Counted from the whole stretch's first letter, positions 47,801-63,743 are shown. The stretch: DNA of 63,868 nucleotides, filler included, from Reclinomonas americana ATCC 50394 (GCA_048213135.1; 8 parts of 3 records of this genome joined end to end with filler, not necessarily neighbours in it), one strand, 5' to 3'. Numbers and translations: made by a program. The notes: generated by a model not told the origin, from the sequence alone.

Positions 47801-50067
47801 TATCCGCTTGCAGAGCGAGAACCGAGTCAAGCAGAAGCAACTGCAGGCGGCACATCTTGCGCGGTCGGAGATGGAGAACGAGCTGAAGAGCGTGCAGGCA
47901 CGATGCGCGGAGCTGGCGGCCAAGAACGAAGCATTGCAGGTGCAGGTCAATGATCTGAAAACGCAAGCACTGCCGGTGCGTTTGTCACGTGCATGTGCTA
48001 GATACTCCACATGCGTTTCGCTCACTGTCTTTCTTCAATCGCCAGCCATTTTCTCCAATGGCGAGCCCGCTGTCGTTGAGTCCCTCCTCCGCCGACACCA
48101 ATGCCAAGGTGCAGCTGGAGCAGGAGCGGAGTGAGTGGCGCAATCGTGAGCGGTCGATGAAGGAGCAGCTGGTGGAGTTTGAGCGTCGTCTGGAATCGGC
48201 GGCGGCACTGGAGGACATGTTTGAGCAGGCGGCCGCACATCGGCAGCGCCTGACGACAGAGAACACGGCGTTGGAGTTGCGGGTGAAGCAGCGTGACGGC
48301 GAGATTGCGCAGTTGAGAGTGCAGCTGGAACGTGTACAGCAGCTGTACCAGGAGGCGAGGACGGCAGCCGCCGAGCAGCTTCAGCAGCAGCAGCAACCGG
48401 TGATGAATGGACATCACACGCCCGACGCCGACAAGGAGAGATTGCGCGCCCTGGAGCAGACTGTGGCCGAGCTGCGCGCTCAGCTGGCCCGCGGTCCCAC
48501 TCCCACGGGCGGGGTCGACGTGCAGCGAGCGCATGCGCGTGCCACCGTGGCGGAGGAGTCGTTGCGCAAGCAAAAGGAGCTGTACGAACAGCTGCGCGTG
48601 CGTCTGCGTGTGGCCGAGTCGGAGGCGCAGGGCGCGAAGCGCGAGGCGGCTGCTGCGTGCCGTGAGTTGGACATGGAACGCGACATGCATCGCGGGACCA
48701 GGGAGCGCCTGGCCAGCAGTGAGGCGCTGGTGCGCCGGCTGGAGACGCGNNNNNNNNNNNNNNNNNNNNNNNNNNNNNNNNNNNNNNNNNNNNNNNNNNN
48801 NNNNNNNNNNNNNNNNNNNNNNNNNNNNNNNNNNNNNNNNNNNNNNNNNNNNNNNNNNNNNNNNNNNNNNNNNNNNNNNNNNNNNNNNNNNNNNNNNNNN
48901 NNNNNNNNNNNNNNNNNNNNNNNNNNNNNNNNNNNNNNNNNNNNNNNNNNNNNNNNNNNNNNNNNNNNNNNNNNNNNNNNNNNNNNNNNNNNNNNNNNNN
49001 NNNNNNNNNNNNNNNNNNNNNNNNNNNNNNNNNNNNNNNNNNNNNNNNNNNNNNNNNNNNNNNNNNNNNNNNNNNNNNNNNNNNNNNNNNNNNNNNNNNN
49101 NNNNNNNNNNNNNNNNNNNNNNNNNNNNNNNNNNNNNNNNNNNNNNNNNNNNNNNNNNNNNNNNNNNNNNNNNNNNNNNNNNNNNNNNNNNNNNNNNNNN
49201 NNNNNNNNNNNNNNNNNNNNNNNNNNNNNNNNNNNNNNNNNNNNNNNNNNNNNNNNNNNNNNNNNNNNNNNNNNNNNNNNNNNNNNNNNNNNNNNNNNNN
49301 NNNNNNNNNNNNNNNNNNNNNNNNNNNNNNNNNNNNNNNNNNNNNNNNNNNNNNNNNNNNNNNNNNNNNNNNNNNNNNNNNNNNNNNNNNNNNNNNNNNN
49401 NNNNNNNNNNNNNNNNNNNNNNNNNNNNNNNNNNNNNNNNNNNNNNNNNNNNNNNNNNNNNNNNNNNNCGTGCACGAACTCGAACCGAATCAGCATCTGC
49501 TTGAAGCGCAGCTTGAAGCCTGCCGCGCCAACGTGGAGGAAATGGCGGGGAGGTTGGAGGCCTTGCACGAGGCCGGCGCCGGGCGGCACGTGGTGGTGCG
49601 AGTCGTTGCGTTGTTGTTAATGGTGCTTCGATATGATGGTGTGATTCTTTGCTCACTGTCCGAGCAGGCGGCAAACGGGGACGCGGATCACTACGGCGCC
49701 GATTCCAAGAATCAGCGCGTTGCCACGCTGGAGCAGGAGCTGGCGGCGAGCCGATTAGAAGTGGCAGAAGTGCAGCGACAGCTCAAGCATGCGTTGAATG
49801 AGTTTGAGCAGCGCAGTTGCGTCGTGTGCACGCGCGGACTCGGAGGCGCTGTGCTAACTCTCCTGCGCAGTGCTCTATTATCGGGAGGCGGGTGAGAGGG
49901 CGAGGCAGGCGGAGGAGAAACTGGCGGCGTTGAAGGAGGCGTTTGTGGCACAGGGCCGCACACTGCGCTCGCAAAAGAGACATTTACAGGATGTGGTGGA
50001 GGCCAAGGACCGCGAGCTGGCCATGCAGCACCCGTCGCCACCGAAACTACATGCGTCGAGAAAGTAG
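44831..50067 (+). CDS. Kinesin-like protein B, paralogue of A: divergent motor plus coiled coil
   Basis: MADDSRAFSVIAR|VLP, YRFDHVF, LLLTGSRKSGKT, GGFYVENL, LRSHVFFTLQL, FHVVDLAG and VPYRDSKLTSLLYNAIGGHCRT|VLMLCLSP. TAG at 50065-50067. Confidence 0.88.
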
Positions 50068-50124
50068 TTGTAGCCATTTATGAGTTAAATATCTTGTTGC
50101 GAACTGGCGATCTCCTGTCGTTTA

Positions 50125-53042
<2,918 letters not shown>

Positions 53043-53816
53043 CTGTTGAGGGGAGGGAGGGGGGAGGAAGGGGAGAGAATGGGGGAAGGGTGAAATAGGG
53101 AAGGGTTAGAGAGGGAAGGGAGAGGGGGAAGGGAGAGGGGGGAGGCAGAGGGGGAAGGAAGGGGAAGGAAGAAAAGAGAGGAGCGAGGAGAGAGGAAAAG
53201 AGAGAAGAGAGAGAGGAGAATGAACGAACGAGAATGTAATAAAAGAGAACGGAAACGGAGACAGAGACGGTGGGAAGTGAGAACTGAGAGGAAGTGAGGC
53301 GAGGAGAGGATAGAACAGTGTTGGCGGGGAAGCATGCTAATAGAGGGAAAGAGAAGAGTAAAGGAGAGAGGAGAAGAGATGGGCTCATGAGAGGAGATCA
53401 AGGAAGGGAATGAGAGAAAAGAAAATCAATGATGTGAAGAATAAAACTCGAGAGCGAAGTGAGACAAAGAGGGGGAAGGGAGGGAGAGAGCAGAGGAGAG
53501 GAGAGAAGAATAAAAGGAAGGGAAGGGAAGGAATACAAGAGAAAGGAAGTGGGAAGGAGGTTGGCGGAGAGAGGAGAAGTGATGCGTGCACATGATGGGA
53601 GCAGGCGACAGTACAAGAGACAAGTGAAACAATACGCCTGAGGAATGAAGAAATGAGAAAGAGAGAATATGCCAATCGCGATCAAAGAAGCAAGACAANN
53701 NNNNNNNNNNNNNNNNNNNNNNNNNNNNNNNNNNNNNNNNNNTTAATTAATTAANNNNNNNNNNNNNNNNNNNNNNNNNNNNNNNNNNNNNNNNNNNNTT
53801 CTTCCTCCCTCCTTCC

Positions 53817-53855
<39 letters not shown>

Positions 53856-54235
53856 TCCTTCGTTTGTTTCGTGATCATCCTCGAACACAGTCTCTCGGTC
53901 TCTTCTCTCTCTGGATTCTTGCATACATGCCTCTGGATATCTCCCCCTCCTCCTTCTCCTCATCCTCCTCTCTCATCTTCCTTCAAACTAGCTTGCGTCG
54001 CTTTGGCTATTTCAAGGCAGTTGCCTTGCAGTCACTCACATTCCGCTAATCGTCTCTCTCTCTCTCTCTCTCTCTCTGCCTCATTTCTCTCTCTCTCTCT
54101 CATTCTCATCACTCGCGTCGGTGACCCTTTGCTATTCATCGCCATTGCCCTTCATTCACGAGCGCTCTGCATTCCTCTTTGCGATTGTCCTTCCCTCGAT
54201 CTCTTCCTTTTCTCACCCTCCTTTCTTTGTCGCAG

Positions 54236-57042
54236 AACGAATCCACCAACGTGATGGAGTCGGAAGAGAACGAATTGGTCCGCGGCCGCCTCGTGCAGAT
54301 CGACGAGGACTCGCTTCGTGATTTCGACGACTCGGTGAGTTGCTCTTCCATTTTCGCCGCCTCCTCCTCACTCTTGCCTCACTTGTGCCACTCTCCAGGC
54401 GATTGTGTTGACTGGAACTGTGGCCAGCGAGGAGGTGGCGAGAGCAATTGCTTCGAGAGGCGTCACGCTGCGGTGCGTAATCTGGTAGTAACATATCGAG
54501 TGTGCATGAGCATGTCTTTGTGTCACATCCGATTGTGAGTCTCCTCTCGCGTTTCCGACTATGTGAGCGCATGTGTGTGATGCTGCGCGGTTCTGTGTTG
54601 CCTCAATGCCTGCGAATCTGTACGATGTGTATGTCTACGTGTACGTTGTATGCGACAACTTGTGAAGCAGTGTGTGAATATGTGTGCATCTTGCACATGT
54701 GTATGATATCATGAACGCGTTGCATTCTGTGTGCTTTCTCGGCGAGTCACTTCGCTTCATGACTGTCAATGACAGTATGAGCATGTGACAGTATTTTTTG
54801 TGCACGTGTGCATGACTGTGTGTGGATATTGCGTGTGCTTGCTGCGATTCTCATCTTGCACACCCGTGACTACTCTCTTTACCTCTTCCCTCTTCTCTTC
54901 CCCGTTTTCCCTCTTCTCTCCCCCGTATTCCCCCTCCCTCTCCCTCTCCCCCTCCCTCTCCCTCTCCCATCTCCCTCTCCCTCTCCCTCCCCCCTCTTCC
55001 TCTCCCTCACCACCTCCCTCCAGCGCCGTCCACCGCCTGTACGCCGTCGCCGACTCGATCGACTCGCTCGTAGAACAATTGCAACGCGACACGACCTTTG
55101 TTGCGTCCGTTCCCCCGTCACCGCACCCTATCCCACCACCTCACCTCCTTCCCCCCTTTCTCCCAGGCCAACGGCATGCCCGACGACGACGAACCCTCGG
55201 ACGGCGGCTACTCCCTCACCTTCGACTCATTTCACCGGTACTTCACCAAGGAGGACGTGGCGCGCCTCTACGAGCAATTCGAACCCGTCTACTTCCCCGG
55301 CCGCGCCAACCTCAAGTCACCGCGTCATCGTTTCTCGGTGCTGATTGACGGCCCGCGCTCCCGCTACTACTTTTGCAAGTTGATTGTGGAGAGTGACCGG
55401 CAATCTGTCGTCAAGTTCTCGTTGAAGAAGCGGCCATACATTGGCACGACCAGCATGGACGCGGAGCTGGCGCTTCTCATGTCCATCTCGGGACTGGTGC
55501 GACCGAATTACCTGGTGCTGGATCCGTTTGTCGGCACTGGGAGTGTGTTGATTGCGGCCGCGCATCACGGCGCCATGGTGATGGGGGCGGAGTTGGATGG
55601 TCGTGTGTTGAAGGGCACTGTGGGCGAGCGCAAGGGTCGCTCCATTCTCGACAATCATCGCCATGTTGCGTGCGAGGGGGGATAAGGGCAAGAGCTACCC
55701 CTACTGCTTTCTCCATCTCCGCTTCCCTTCTTTTCCCCCTACTCCTTACGCCTTCCTCTTCCCCTGCTTGACCCCCGTTCTACTTCTCCTTTCGCCTTCT
55801 TCTTTTCATTTCCCAAGTCCCTTCCCTCATCCTTTCGCCACTCTCTTTCCTCCCTCGCTTGCCCTCTCCATTCTACATCTCCTTTCGCCGTCCCTTCCCT
55901 CGTTTCCTTTCGCCACTCACAGTCTTCTCCCACTTGCCCTCCCTTTCCTCTCCCTTTCCTCTCCATTCTACATCTCCTTTCGCCTTCCTCTCTTTCCTCT
56001 CCCTTTTCACCTCTCTCTTTTCCTTTCGCCGCTCTCTTTCCTCCCCGCTTGCCCTCTCCCTTTCCTCTCCTCCCTTTCCTCTCCCTTTCCTCTCCCCACT
56101 TTCCTTTCGCCACTCTCTTTCCTCCCTGCTTGCCCTCTCCATTCTACATCATCTTCTTTCGCCTTCCCCCTTTTCCTCTCCCCTTTCCCTTCCCCTCTTT
56201 TCCTTTCGCCACTCTCATTTCTTGCCACGTGCGCAGTACGGTCTGCCACCACCGCTGGACCTGCTTGTCAACGACGCCTCGCAATGCATGTGGCGGCAGC
56301 ATTCGTGTGAGATGTTTGATGCGATTGTCACCGATCCACCGTACGGTGTGCGTGAAATGTCGAAAAAGGTGGGCAAGAAGGGCCGCGAGATCGAGGATTC
56401 TGTGCGCGATACCTTGTTGCGTCAGGCCCCCTTTCCTCCCCCCACCCCCTCTCCCCCATCGTTCGCTAATTGCCACGCAGCTGGAAGTCCGGCAAGCACA
56501 TTCCCCAGAAGGTCATGTACACGCTGGACAGAATACTTGAGGATCTGCTGACGCTCGGCGCCCGCACATTGCGTGTCGGCGGCCGTCTCGTGTTCTGGGT
56601 GCCGTCCACCCCCGAGTTCCACATCAATATGCTGCCGGAGCACGAGGGCATGCGTCTCGTCTCCGTGTGCGAGCAGTCGCTTTCGGAGCGCTACGGCAGA
56701 CACTTGGTGACCATGGAGAAGACCAAGGCGTGGGATGAGGTGGTGCGTGGTGCGCGGTGGCGACTGTCTTTTCTTGTTTGACTGTGAATCCTCAAACTGC
56801 TCTGGCCACAGGAACACCGCGGCGCCACATGGGTGGGCGACGAGCACGAAACAAGGCAGTTGTTGCTCACCAAGTTCCGCGAAGCGTACTATCTGCCAGT
56901 GCGCGCCGCTCGTCGCGAGTTTCACCAGAAGCGCAAGGAGGCGTATTTTGCACACGTGGCGGCGTCGGCGGCCGCGAAGGCGGCGGCAGCAGAGGCGGGC
57001 GATGCCAGTGGTTCGGGAGACAAGGTTGCTGGATCGGAATGA
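54236..57042 (+). CDS. TRMT11: tRNA (guanine-10-N2)-methyltransferase TRMT11/Trm11, 5'-partial
   Basis: FSLKKRPYIGTTSMDAELALLM, LVLDPFVGTGSVL, FDAIVTDPPYGVRE, LRVGGRLVFWVP and CEQSLSERYGRHLVTMEK. Confidence 0.93.
55820..56220. repeat. Intronic pyrimidine-rich degenerate tandem repeat (tttcgccactctctttcctccc...gcttgccctctcc units)
   Basis: Recurring blocks visible in a TRMT11 intron. Confidence 0.75.
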
Positions 57043-57651
57043 AGGCGCTCTCACCATCATAGACGTGGGGGAAGGGAGGGGATGGGGAGGAGGAAAGGGA
57101 GAGGGGGNNNNNNNNNNNNNNNNNNNNNNNNNNNNNNNNNNNNNNNNNNNNTTAATTAATTAANNNNNNNNNNNNNNNNNNNNNNNNNNNNNNNNNNNNN
57201 NNNNNNNTCTCTCGTTTGTGCTCGCTTAGTGTCTAGATCCATATTCTCGCGTACTCCTGAGCTCTTTCCCTATTTGTCGATCACGTTCTCTGACGATTCT
57301 CCCCCCTCTCTCTCTCACTGCCTTAATCCATCTTCTCGTGTACTCCTGCGCTCTGTACTGTTTCGCCCATCCCGGTCTTCACCTCGCTCTAATTCTTTAG
57401 TATACTCGCCCCGTGATGTTGTCTCTGTCACCTCCACTTTCTTCGATTTCTCTCCCCCGCCTCCCTCGCTCCTTCGTTCCCTCCCTCCCTTTCCTCCCTT
57501 TCCCTCCCTTTTCCGTGTATCCTCTCCTCTCCACTCCTCCCTCTTCACTCCTCCACCCTCCCTCCCTCCCTCCCTCCCTCCCTCTCCCTTTTGCCCTCCC
57601 TCCCGTCCCTCTTGCCCTCCCATTGCCCTCACCTCCCTCTCCCTCCACCAG

Positions 57652-59633
57652 GCCGACCGCACCCTCCAACGCGCCTTTCAAGGCTTCGTCACCGCCGACA
57701 ACGACCGGTGGTACAAGGAGCGCGAGGTGGCCGAGGCAGAGCCATTGCGCAAGAAGCACCGCATGGAGCAGCGCGACGACACGGACGCGCCGGACAGGAA
57801 GCGACGCAAGTCGACGAGTGCCAAGCTGCTGCAGCTGTCGCAAGTGCACGTGCTGCCGCACAGCAGCTGTGTGTCGGCGCTCGCGTTTGGGTCGCAGTCG
57901 GATCGGTTGTTTGCGTGTGGCAAGGTGGGCGGAGGGGGGCAAGGGGGAAAGGGGGAAGGGAGAAGGGGAAAGAGAGGGGAAGGGGAAAGGCGGGATGAGA
58001 GGAAATGGGCAACGAAGGAAGGAAGAGAAGAAGAATGAGTGTGAGTGACAAATGTGGGACGGTGGTTAAGGGAGTGGAGACAAAGGATGTAGGGGGGAGA
58101 AGCAAACGAGTTGGGGTCGGCGAAGGGTAACGTTGAGAAAGGGAGAAATTAAGGGAAAGGTGGGAGAAGTGAACAAAGGATCTGCAGTGTGAGAGAGTGG
58201 CGGACATTGAGAAAGGGAGGGAAAACGGATAGCAAAAGGAGAGAGCATTGATCTCGGAGTGAGAGAATGGGGGTCCGTGGAGAATGGTGAAGGCAGCAGG
58301 AGAGAGCACGGAATTCGGAGGAGGAGCAAGTGTGAGATGGTGGGAGACAAGGGAAGCCGGAAGGAGAAGGGGGAAAGGGCTCAATGCTGACAAGTGAAGC
58401 AGTGAGGAGAGGGCTACTGACCTGGAGTTAGAGAATGGAGAAAGTGAGAATGATTTGAGAGCGATAAGAGTTGAGCAAGTGATTAGGAGGGAGAGAGTGG
58501 GAGGCAGTAGGAAAGGGAGGCGGGGAATAGCGGGGGGGTGGGGGGGGGGGGAGCGTGTCCATTGGAGAGGGAGAAGAAAGATGAAAGGCGGGAGGATATG
58601 GCAAGCAATTCAGAGTGAGAATGACGGATAGTGGGAAATGGAGGAGAAGACAGTGGAGAGCGGAAGAGAGCAAGGGATCGGAGTGAGAGAATGGATGACA
58701 ACAAGTGAGCAGGGAGGAGAAGGTGGAAAGGCTGGATGATGGACAGTGGAAAGGCAATGGAAAGAAGTGAAGCAGTGAGGAGAGAGCAAAGGACCTGGAG
58801 CGAGAGAATGGGTGACAGCGGAAATGGGAAAAAGAAGCGGAAGGATGGGAGTTGAGCAAGGGAGTGGGCGTGAGAGAGTGGGAGACAAGGAAAGCAGGGA
58901 GGAATGAGTGACAGGGAGAGCAGAAATATCTGAGAGAGATGCGACGTGATCTTTCCCTCCCATCTAATCCTTTTCCTCTTTCACAGGGCCTCGTCCGCAT
59001 CTGGGACGTCTCTGACCGCACCGCCAAATCCCCGCTGGTCGAATTCAGCGCCCTGGACGACGCATACATTCGCGCATGCAGCTTGATCGGCAACGACGAG
59101 CAAGTGGTGATGTGTGGCGAATCGTCGCTGATCACCGTGTTTGATCTGAGCGGGGTGCGTGCATAGTAATTCATCCCCCTATCTCTCTCCTCCCTGCTCA
59201 CCCTCTGTGGTGCAGTCACGACCAACGCTCCTTCACCGCATGCAAGCCAAGTCGGCGTACCAGTACGGGCTGGTGCTGAGCGAGGACGGTCGGTATGCGC
59301 ACAGCTGCAGCGAGTCGGAAATCGAAATGTGGGACTTGCACAATGGGACATGCGTGCGGTGAGTACGGGAGAGAGAAAGGCGCAGGCGATGACACTTTCC
59401 CCTGACTTGTGTGTGCGATGATGCAGCACCACGCCGTGTGCCGGCGAATCGACATCGTGCATCGACACGACCAATGACGGTCGGTACGTGGTGACGGGTG
59501 GCCTGGACGCGCAGATTCGTGTGTGGGATGTGGGTACGGGACGCGAGGTGCTGTCGCAGACGCTGCCGGACAAGATCTTTACGCTGGCGGTGTGCCCGGC
59601 GTTCCGCACGGATGGGAGTTGGATTGCGGCGGG
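57652..59633 (+). CDS. TLE: Groucho/TLE-like WD40 co-repressor, partial at both ends
   Basis: ACGK|GLVRIWDVS...KSP...DAYIRAC...GESSLITVFDL...WDLHNGTCVR...SCIDTTNDG...TGGLDAQIRVWD...GREV...IFTLAVCP...WIAAG is colinear with the TLE WD domain. Basic NLS-like RKRRK upstream. Confidence 0.82.
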
Positions 59634-60107
59634 GTGAGTCGATGGGGAATGTGAAGGGGAAAGAGTGATTCAAAGGCTTGATTAAGAAGGACAGATTGGA
59701 AAGTGTGTTATGGGAAGAGTTGACAAGGGGCTATGGGGAAGGTATTACAGGTGGGGAACGGGTGAGTGGGAGGGATGACCAGGAAGCGTTGACGGCAAGG
59801 AGATGATGGGGAAGGGTTGATATAGAAGGGTCGATAGGAATGTTTTGAGGGGATGAGGTGATTGAAAAGCGATAACTGGGAGATGTGAGGTGAAGGGTTT
59901 GCGGGAAACGGATGATACATTAGGGATTATCTCTCTGTGTTTTTATGTCTCTCTCTCTCTTNNNNNNNNNNNNNNNNNNNNNNNNNNNNNNNNNNNNNNN
60001 NNNNNTTAATTAATTAANNNNNNNNNNNNNNNNNNNNNNNNNNNNNNNNNNNNNNNNNNNNACGAACGACGAGACGAACGAACGAACGAACGACGAACGA
60101 CGACGAC

Positions 60108-60216
<109 letters not shown>

Positions 60217-60282
60217 GAGTCCATCCACGAGGCGAAAGTATGATCTCTGAGAAGCCCTCCACAAAGTCCCCCTCATACGAAC

Positions 60283-62840
60283 CACCAAGAATGTGTGCAC
60301 ATCGTCGGCCTTGGGCAACATGAGCATCTTAGAGATGTAGCTGTACGGAATGCGGGTGTTGTACGTCGGACCGTGCAGCTTCATGACACCCTCGAACAGC
60401 TCAATGTCGTAGCGGCCTCTGCAAGACAGCAATGAGTCGCGCGATGATGAATATTGGATGGTGAGTGCACCAACCTTGGCACCAGCATGGACAACTTCTG
60501 GAAGACGGCGGCCGCATCACCAGCACTGGTGACGTCGGTCATGGCGAGAATGCGCTTGACCAGTTGCTCGTGGCCTGCATGCCCGAATACAATGAGACTG
60601 ATGGTAAGAGAGACAGTGGGAAGAAAAGAGAGGGAAGAGAGAGGGAAACAGCGCGAGTGGAAGACACACATAGAGAGAGAGAGAAAGCAACGCGCAAAAT
60701 AAACAGAACTGCTACAACTTCGACCACAATTGCACCTCTCCACTCGTATCTGCCATATCACCATCCCAACACACTGCAAGCCCTCCCAACAAGCTTATTA
60801 TCCAGAACCCAAAACACATCACCTCCAAACAAACACAAACAAAAAGACACACCCTTCCCTCATATTCCACATCTTCGCATTTCCCGCTTCCCCACACTCT
60901 TCCCCTCAACCTCTCCTTTCCTTCCATATCCTCACCTGCCGCGGCCGCCGACCGCACCACCTCCCCATCCTCGTTCTCCTCCTCCTCCTCCGCCGCCCCA
61001 TCAGCCGCCGCCGTCCCATCCGAGCCCAACGCCGGCACGTGCAGACGCACCTCGACCAGACCCTCGGCCATCTGCTCACCAATTACACACAGTCAATCTC
61101 TGCGCCCTTCATCTCCCACCCTTCCCCCTGCTTCCCGCAACATCCTGATCCCCCGAAAAATCCATCAGCACCTCGTTCTTGCCCTGCGCCACGCACTGCG
61201 TAATGTCGGCCAGGTGCACCTCCAGCGTCGGCTTGTCGTCGACCATAAAGACGAGATTCTTGCCCTCGAACTCCACATTGCCCCAGTTCTTCCCCGACGT
61301 GCCCAGCGTGCGCTTCTCCATGTTCTCCTTGACCTTCTTCGCGCGCAGATACGACTTGATCGTCTCAAAGTCGTCCTCGCGCAGGTTGAGAAAGTTGAGC
61401 TGCATGTCGGCGCCCATGCGCAGACGCAGGCGACAGTTGCGCGAGAGGCGCGTCCACTCGGCGTCGGTCACCTCGCTGACGGGCAGCGACTTTTTCTCGC
61501 GGTCCTCCTCGGCGGTGTTGCCTTGCGAGCTGGTCCATTCGATTTTGTTGTTGCCGAGGCGGAGGGTGCCGACGCTCTGACAAGGGAAAGGGATTGTAAG
61601 GGAAAGGGATGAGGACAAGGGAAAGAGATGAGGAAAAGGGAAAGGGATGAGGAAAAGGGAAAGGGATGAGGAGAGGGGAAGAGAAAGAGATGAGGAGAGA
61701 AAGAGATGAGGAGAGAAAGAGAGAGCACATTCGGTGTAATCAGCGGCGGCAGTGTGACGACGGTGGGTTCATTGCAGGGCAGAGAGAGATGAAGAGATGA
61801 AGAGGGAAAGAAGGAGAGGATGGGAGCACAAAAGGTCGAAATGCGAGACAACGTCGAGATGCACAAGGCAGAAGAGGAAAAGGATGACGACGAAGGAGGA
61901 GAGTGAAGGGCAGGGGAGGAGGGCACAGAATGCGATCATGTGGTGCAAATAGCAGGTCGAAATGCGTGACAATGTAGAAGAAGAAGGAGAGGAAGAGCAG
62001 GAAAGACAGCGGAAGCGGCGATACAAAGTCGAAATGAAGAGGAAAAGAAGACGAAGAACGAGAGTGAAGGGCAGCGGAAGACAGAAGAGAGAAAGAAGAA
62101 GAACAGAAATGAGAGACACACGACGCAGGAGAAGGAGAGGTGAAAAGGAACGGGTAGAAGAGGAGAGAGAGGAATGCACAGCAGATTTGAAGGCTGAGAA
62201 GGAGACGGGTCACAACGCGAGACAACGCTGAAATGCACAAGGCAGAAGAGGAAAAGGATGACGACTGAGGAGGAGAGTGAAGGGCAGGGGAGAAGGGCAC
62301 AGCAGAATGCGATCGTGGCGCAAGAAGCAGGTCGAGAAAAGGTCGAAATTAAGTAGAAGAGGAAGGAGAGGAAGAGAAGAAGGTCGAGACAAGGTCGAAC
62401 TGCACAGAGTAAGAGAGGAATAAGATGCACGGAGTGTGAGAGAGTGTGAGAGTGAGTGTGAGAGAGAGAGAGAGACAAAGAGCGTGCAAGGAAGAATTCT
62501 CTGACTCACGCAATGCCAGTAAACTTGCACATGAAGAGAGTGTGAGAGAATGAGTGTGTACATGTGTGTGAGAGAAACAGTGTGTGAAAGTGTGTGAGTG
62601 AGCGTCTCTGTCAAAAAGTGCGACATGTCTTTGTTGTCAAGTTCACACTGGAATGACAACACACACACTGACTGACACAAACACACGCACAAAGAGAGAG
62701 ATAGAGCAGTGTGTGCACACTGCATACACACACAGAGAGAGAAAAAAGGAAAACACTCATTATCAAAAAAACGCAACTCGCTCTCTCCGCGCACTCTCCA
62801 AGCACACCACATTATCAAACGTAGTCTTCTCCGCCGCCAT
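60283..62840 (-). CDS. SSRP1: FACT complex subunit SSRP1/Pob3, 3'-partial
   Basis: MAAEKTTFDNV, SGKNWG, GKNEVLMDF, LVEVRLHVP and LVPR|GRYDIELF...LHGPTYNTRIPY...LPKAD. Confidence 0.95.
61843..62336. repeat. Two ~120 bp direct-repeat copies (about 61843-61960 and 62217-62336) in SSRP1 intron 1
   Basis: Shared block atgcacaaggcagaagaggaaaaggatgacgac..aggaggagagtgaagggcagggga. Confidence 0.85.
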
Positions 62841-63034
62841 CCACTCTCTCACACAAACACACTCACTCAAAGCAAACCCCTGCTCGCGCGCGGGAATCCA
62901 ACTGTCCACTACGCAAACTTGTCCTCTAATCTCTCATTTTGTGTTACCTTTTGTGTGCGCGGAAATGAGAGTCTCCTGGTCGTCGTGCACTGTACACGAT
63001 GTGGTCGAGGAGGTGTGCATGCATTAACACACAC

Positions 63035-63420
63035 ATTTGCACACTTTTATGCACACTTTAATGCACACTTTTCGCACACTTTTGCACACTTTTACACACT
63101 TTCACTCTCTGAGGCACACACGCGCTCAACCACACACTTATGCACACACAGACACACACGCATACACACATACACACACACTTTCACACACTTTTCGCAC
63201 ACTTTGCACACTTTTGCACACTTTTACACACGTTCTTTCACTCTTTCACACTCTCACTCATTCACACATGAAAGGCACATGCACTCACACATGCGCACAC
63301 TTTTGCACACTTTCACACACTTTTTGCACGCAGAGAAGGCACACATGCATTCTCTCTGTCTCTCTCTTTTGCACACATTCACGCACACTTTCACACTCTG
63401 TTGCACAGTTTTCACTCACA
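63035..63420. repeat. Degenerate (ttttgcacac)-type tandem repeat upstream of SSRP1
   Basis: Repeated gcacactttt and cacactttc units. Confidence 0.8.
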
Positions 63421-63743
63421 GAATAGGCACACACACACACACTCTCTCTCTCTCTCTCTCTTTCACGCATAGAAATCAAGTGATCATTTACTCTGTGTTT
63501 TCTCGCTGTTTCATCGGCTTTTTGTGCCTCACTTCTGCACACTCGCTTGCACATTCACTTGTGCTCTTTGGAGCAGAATGCACACAATGCACTCTTCTTC
63601 GCACTTTTCTGCGCAGTTTGCACTCTGCTGCTCTCTCTCTCTCTCGCGCGCGCACATTCACAGATGCACACATCGCTTTTCTGCAGTTTCACTAGGGTTA
63701 GGCGCGCCTAAAGTGTGTGGATAGTGCGTTTTATCCGTCACCT

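Noticed and set aside
63035-63420. Telomeric repeat
   Set aside because: The units are irregular, internal and not a G-rich telomere-type motif.
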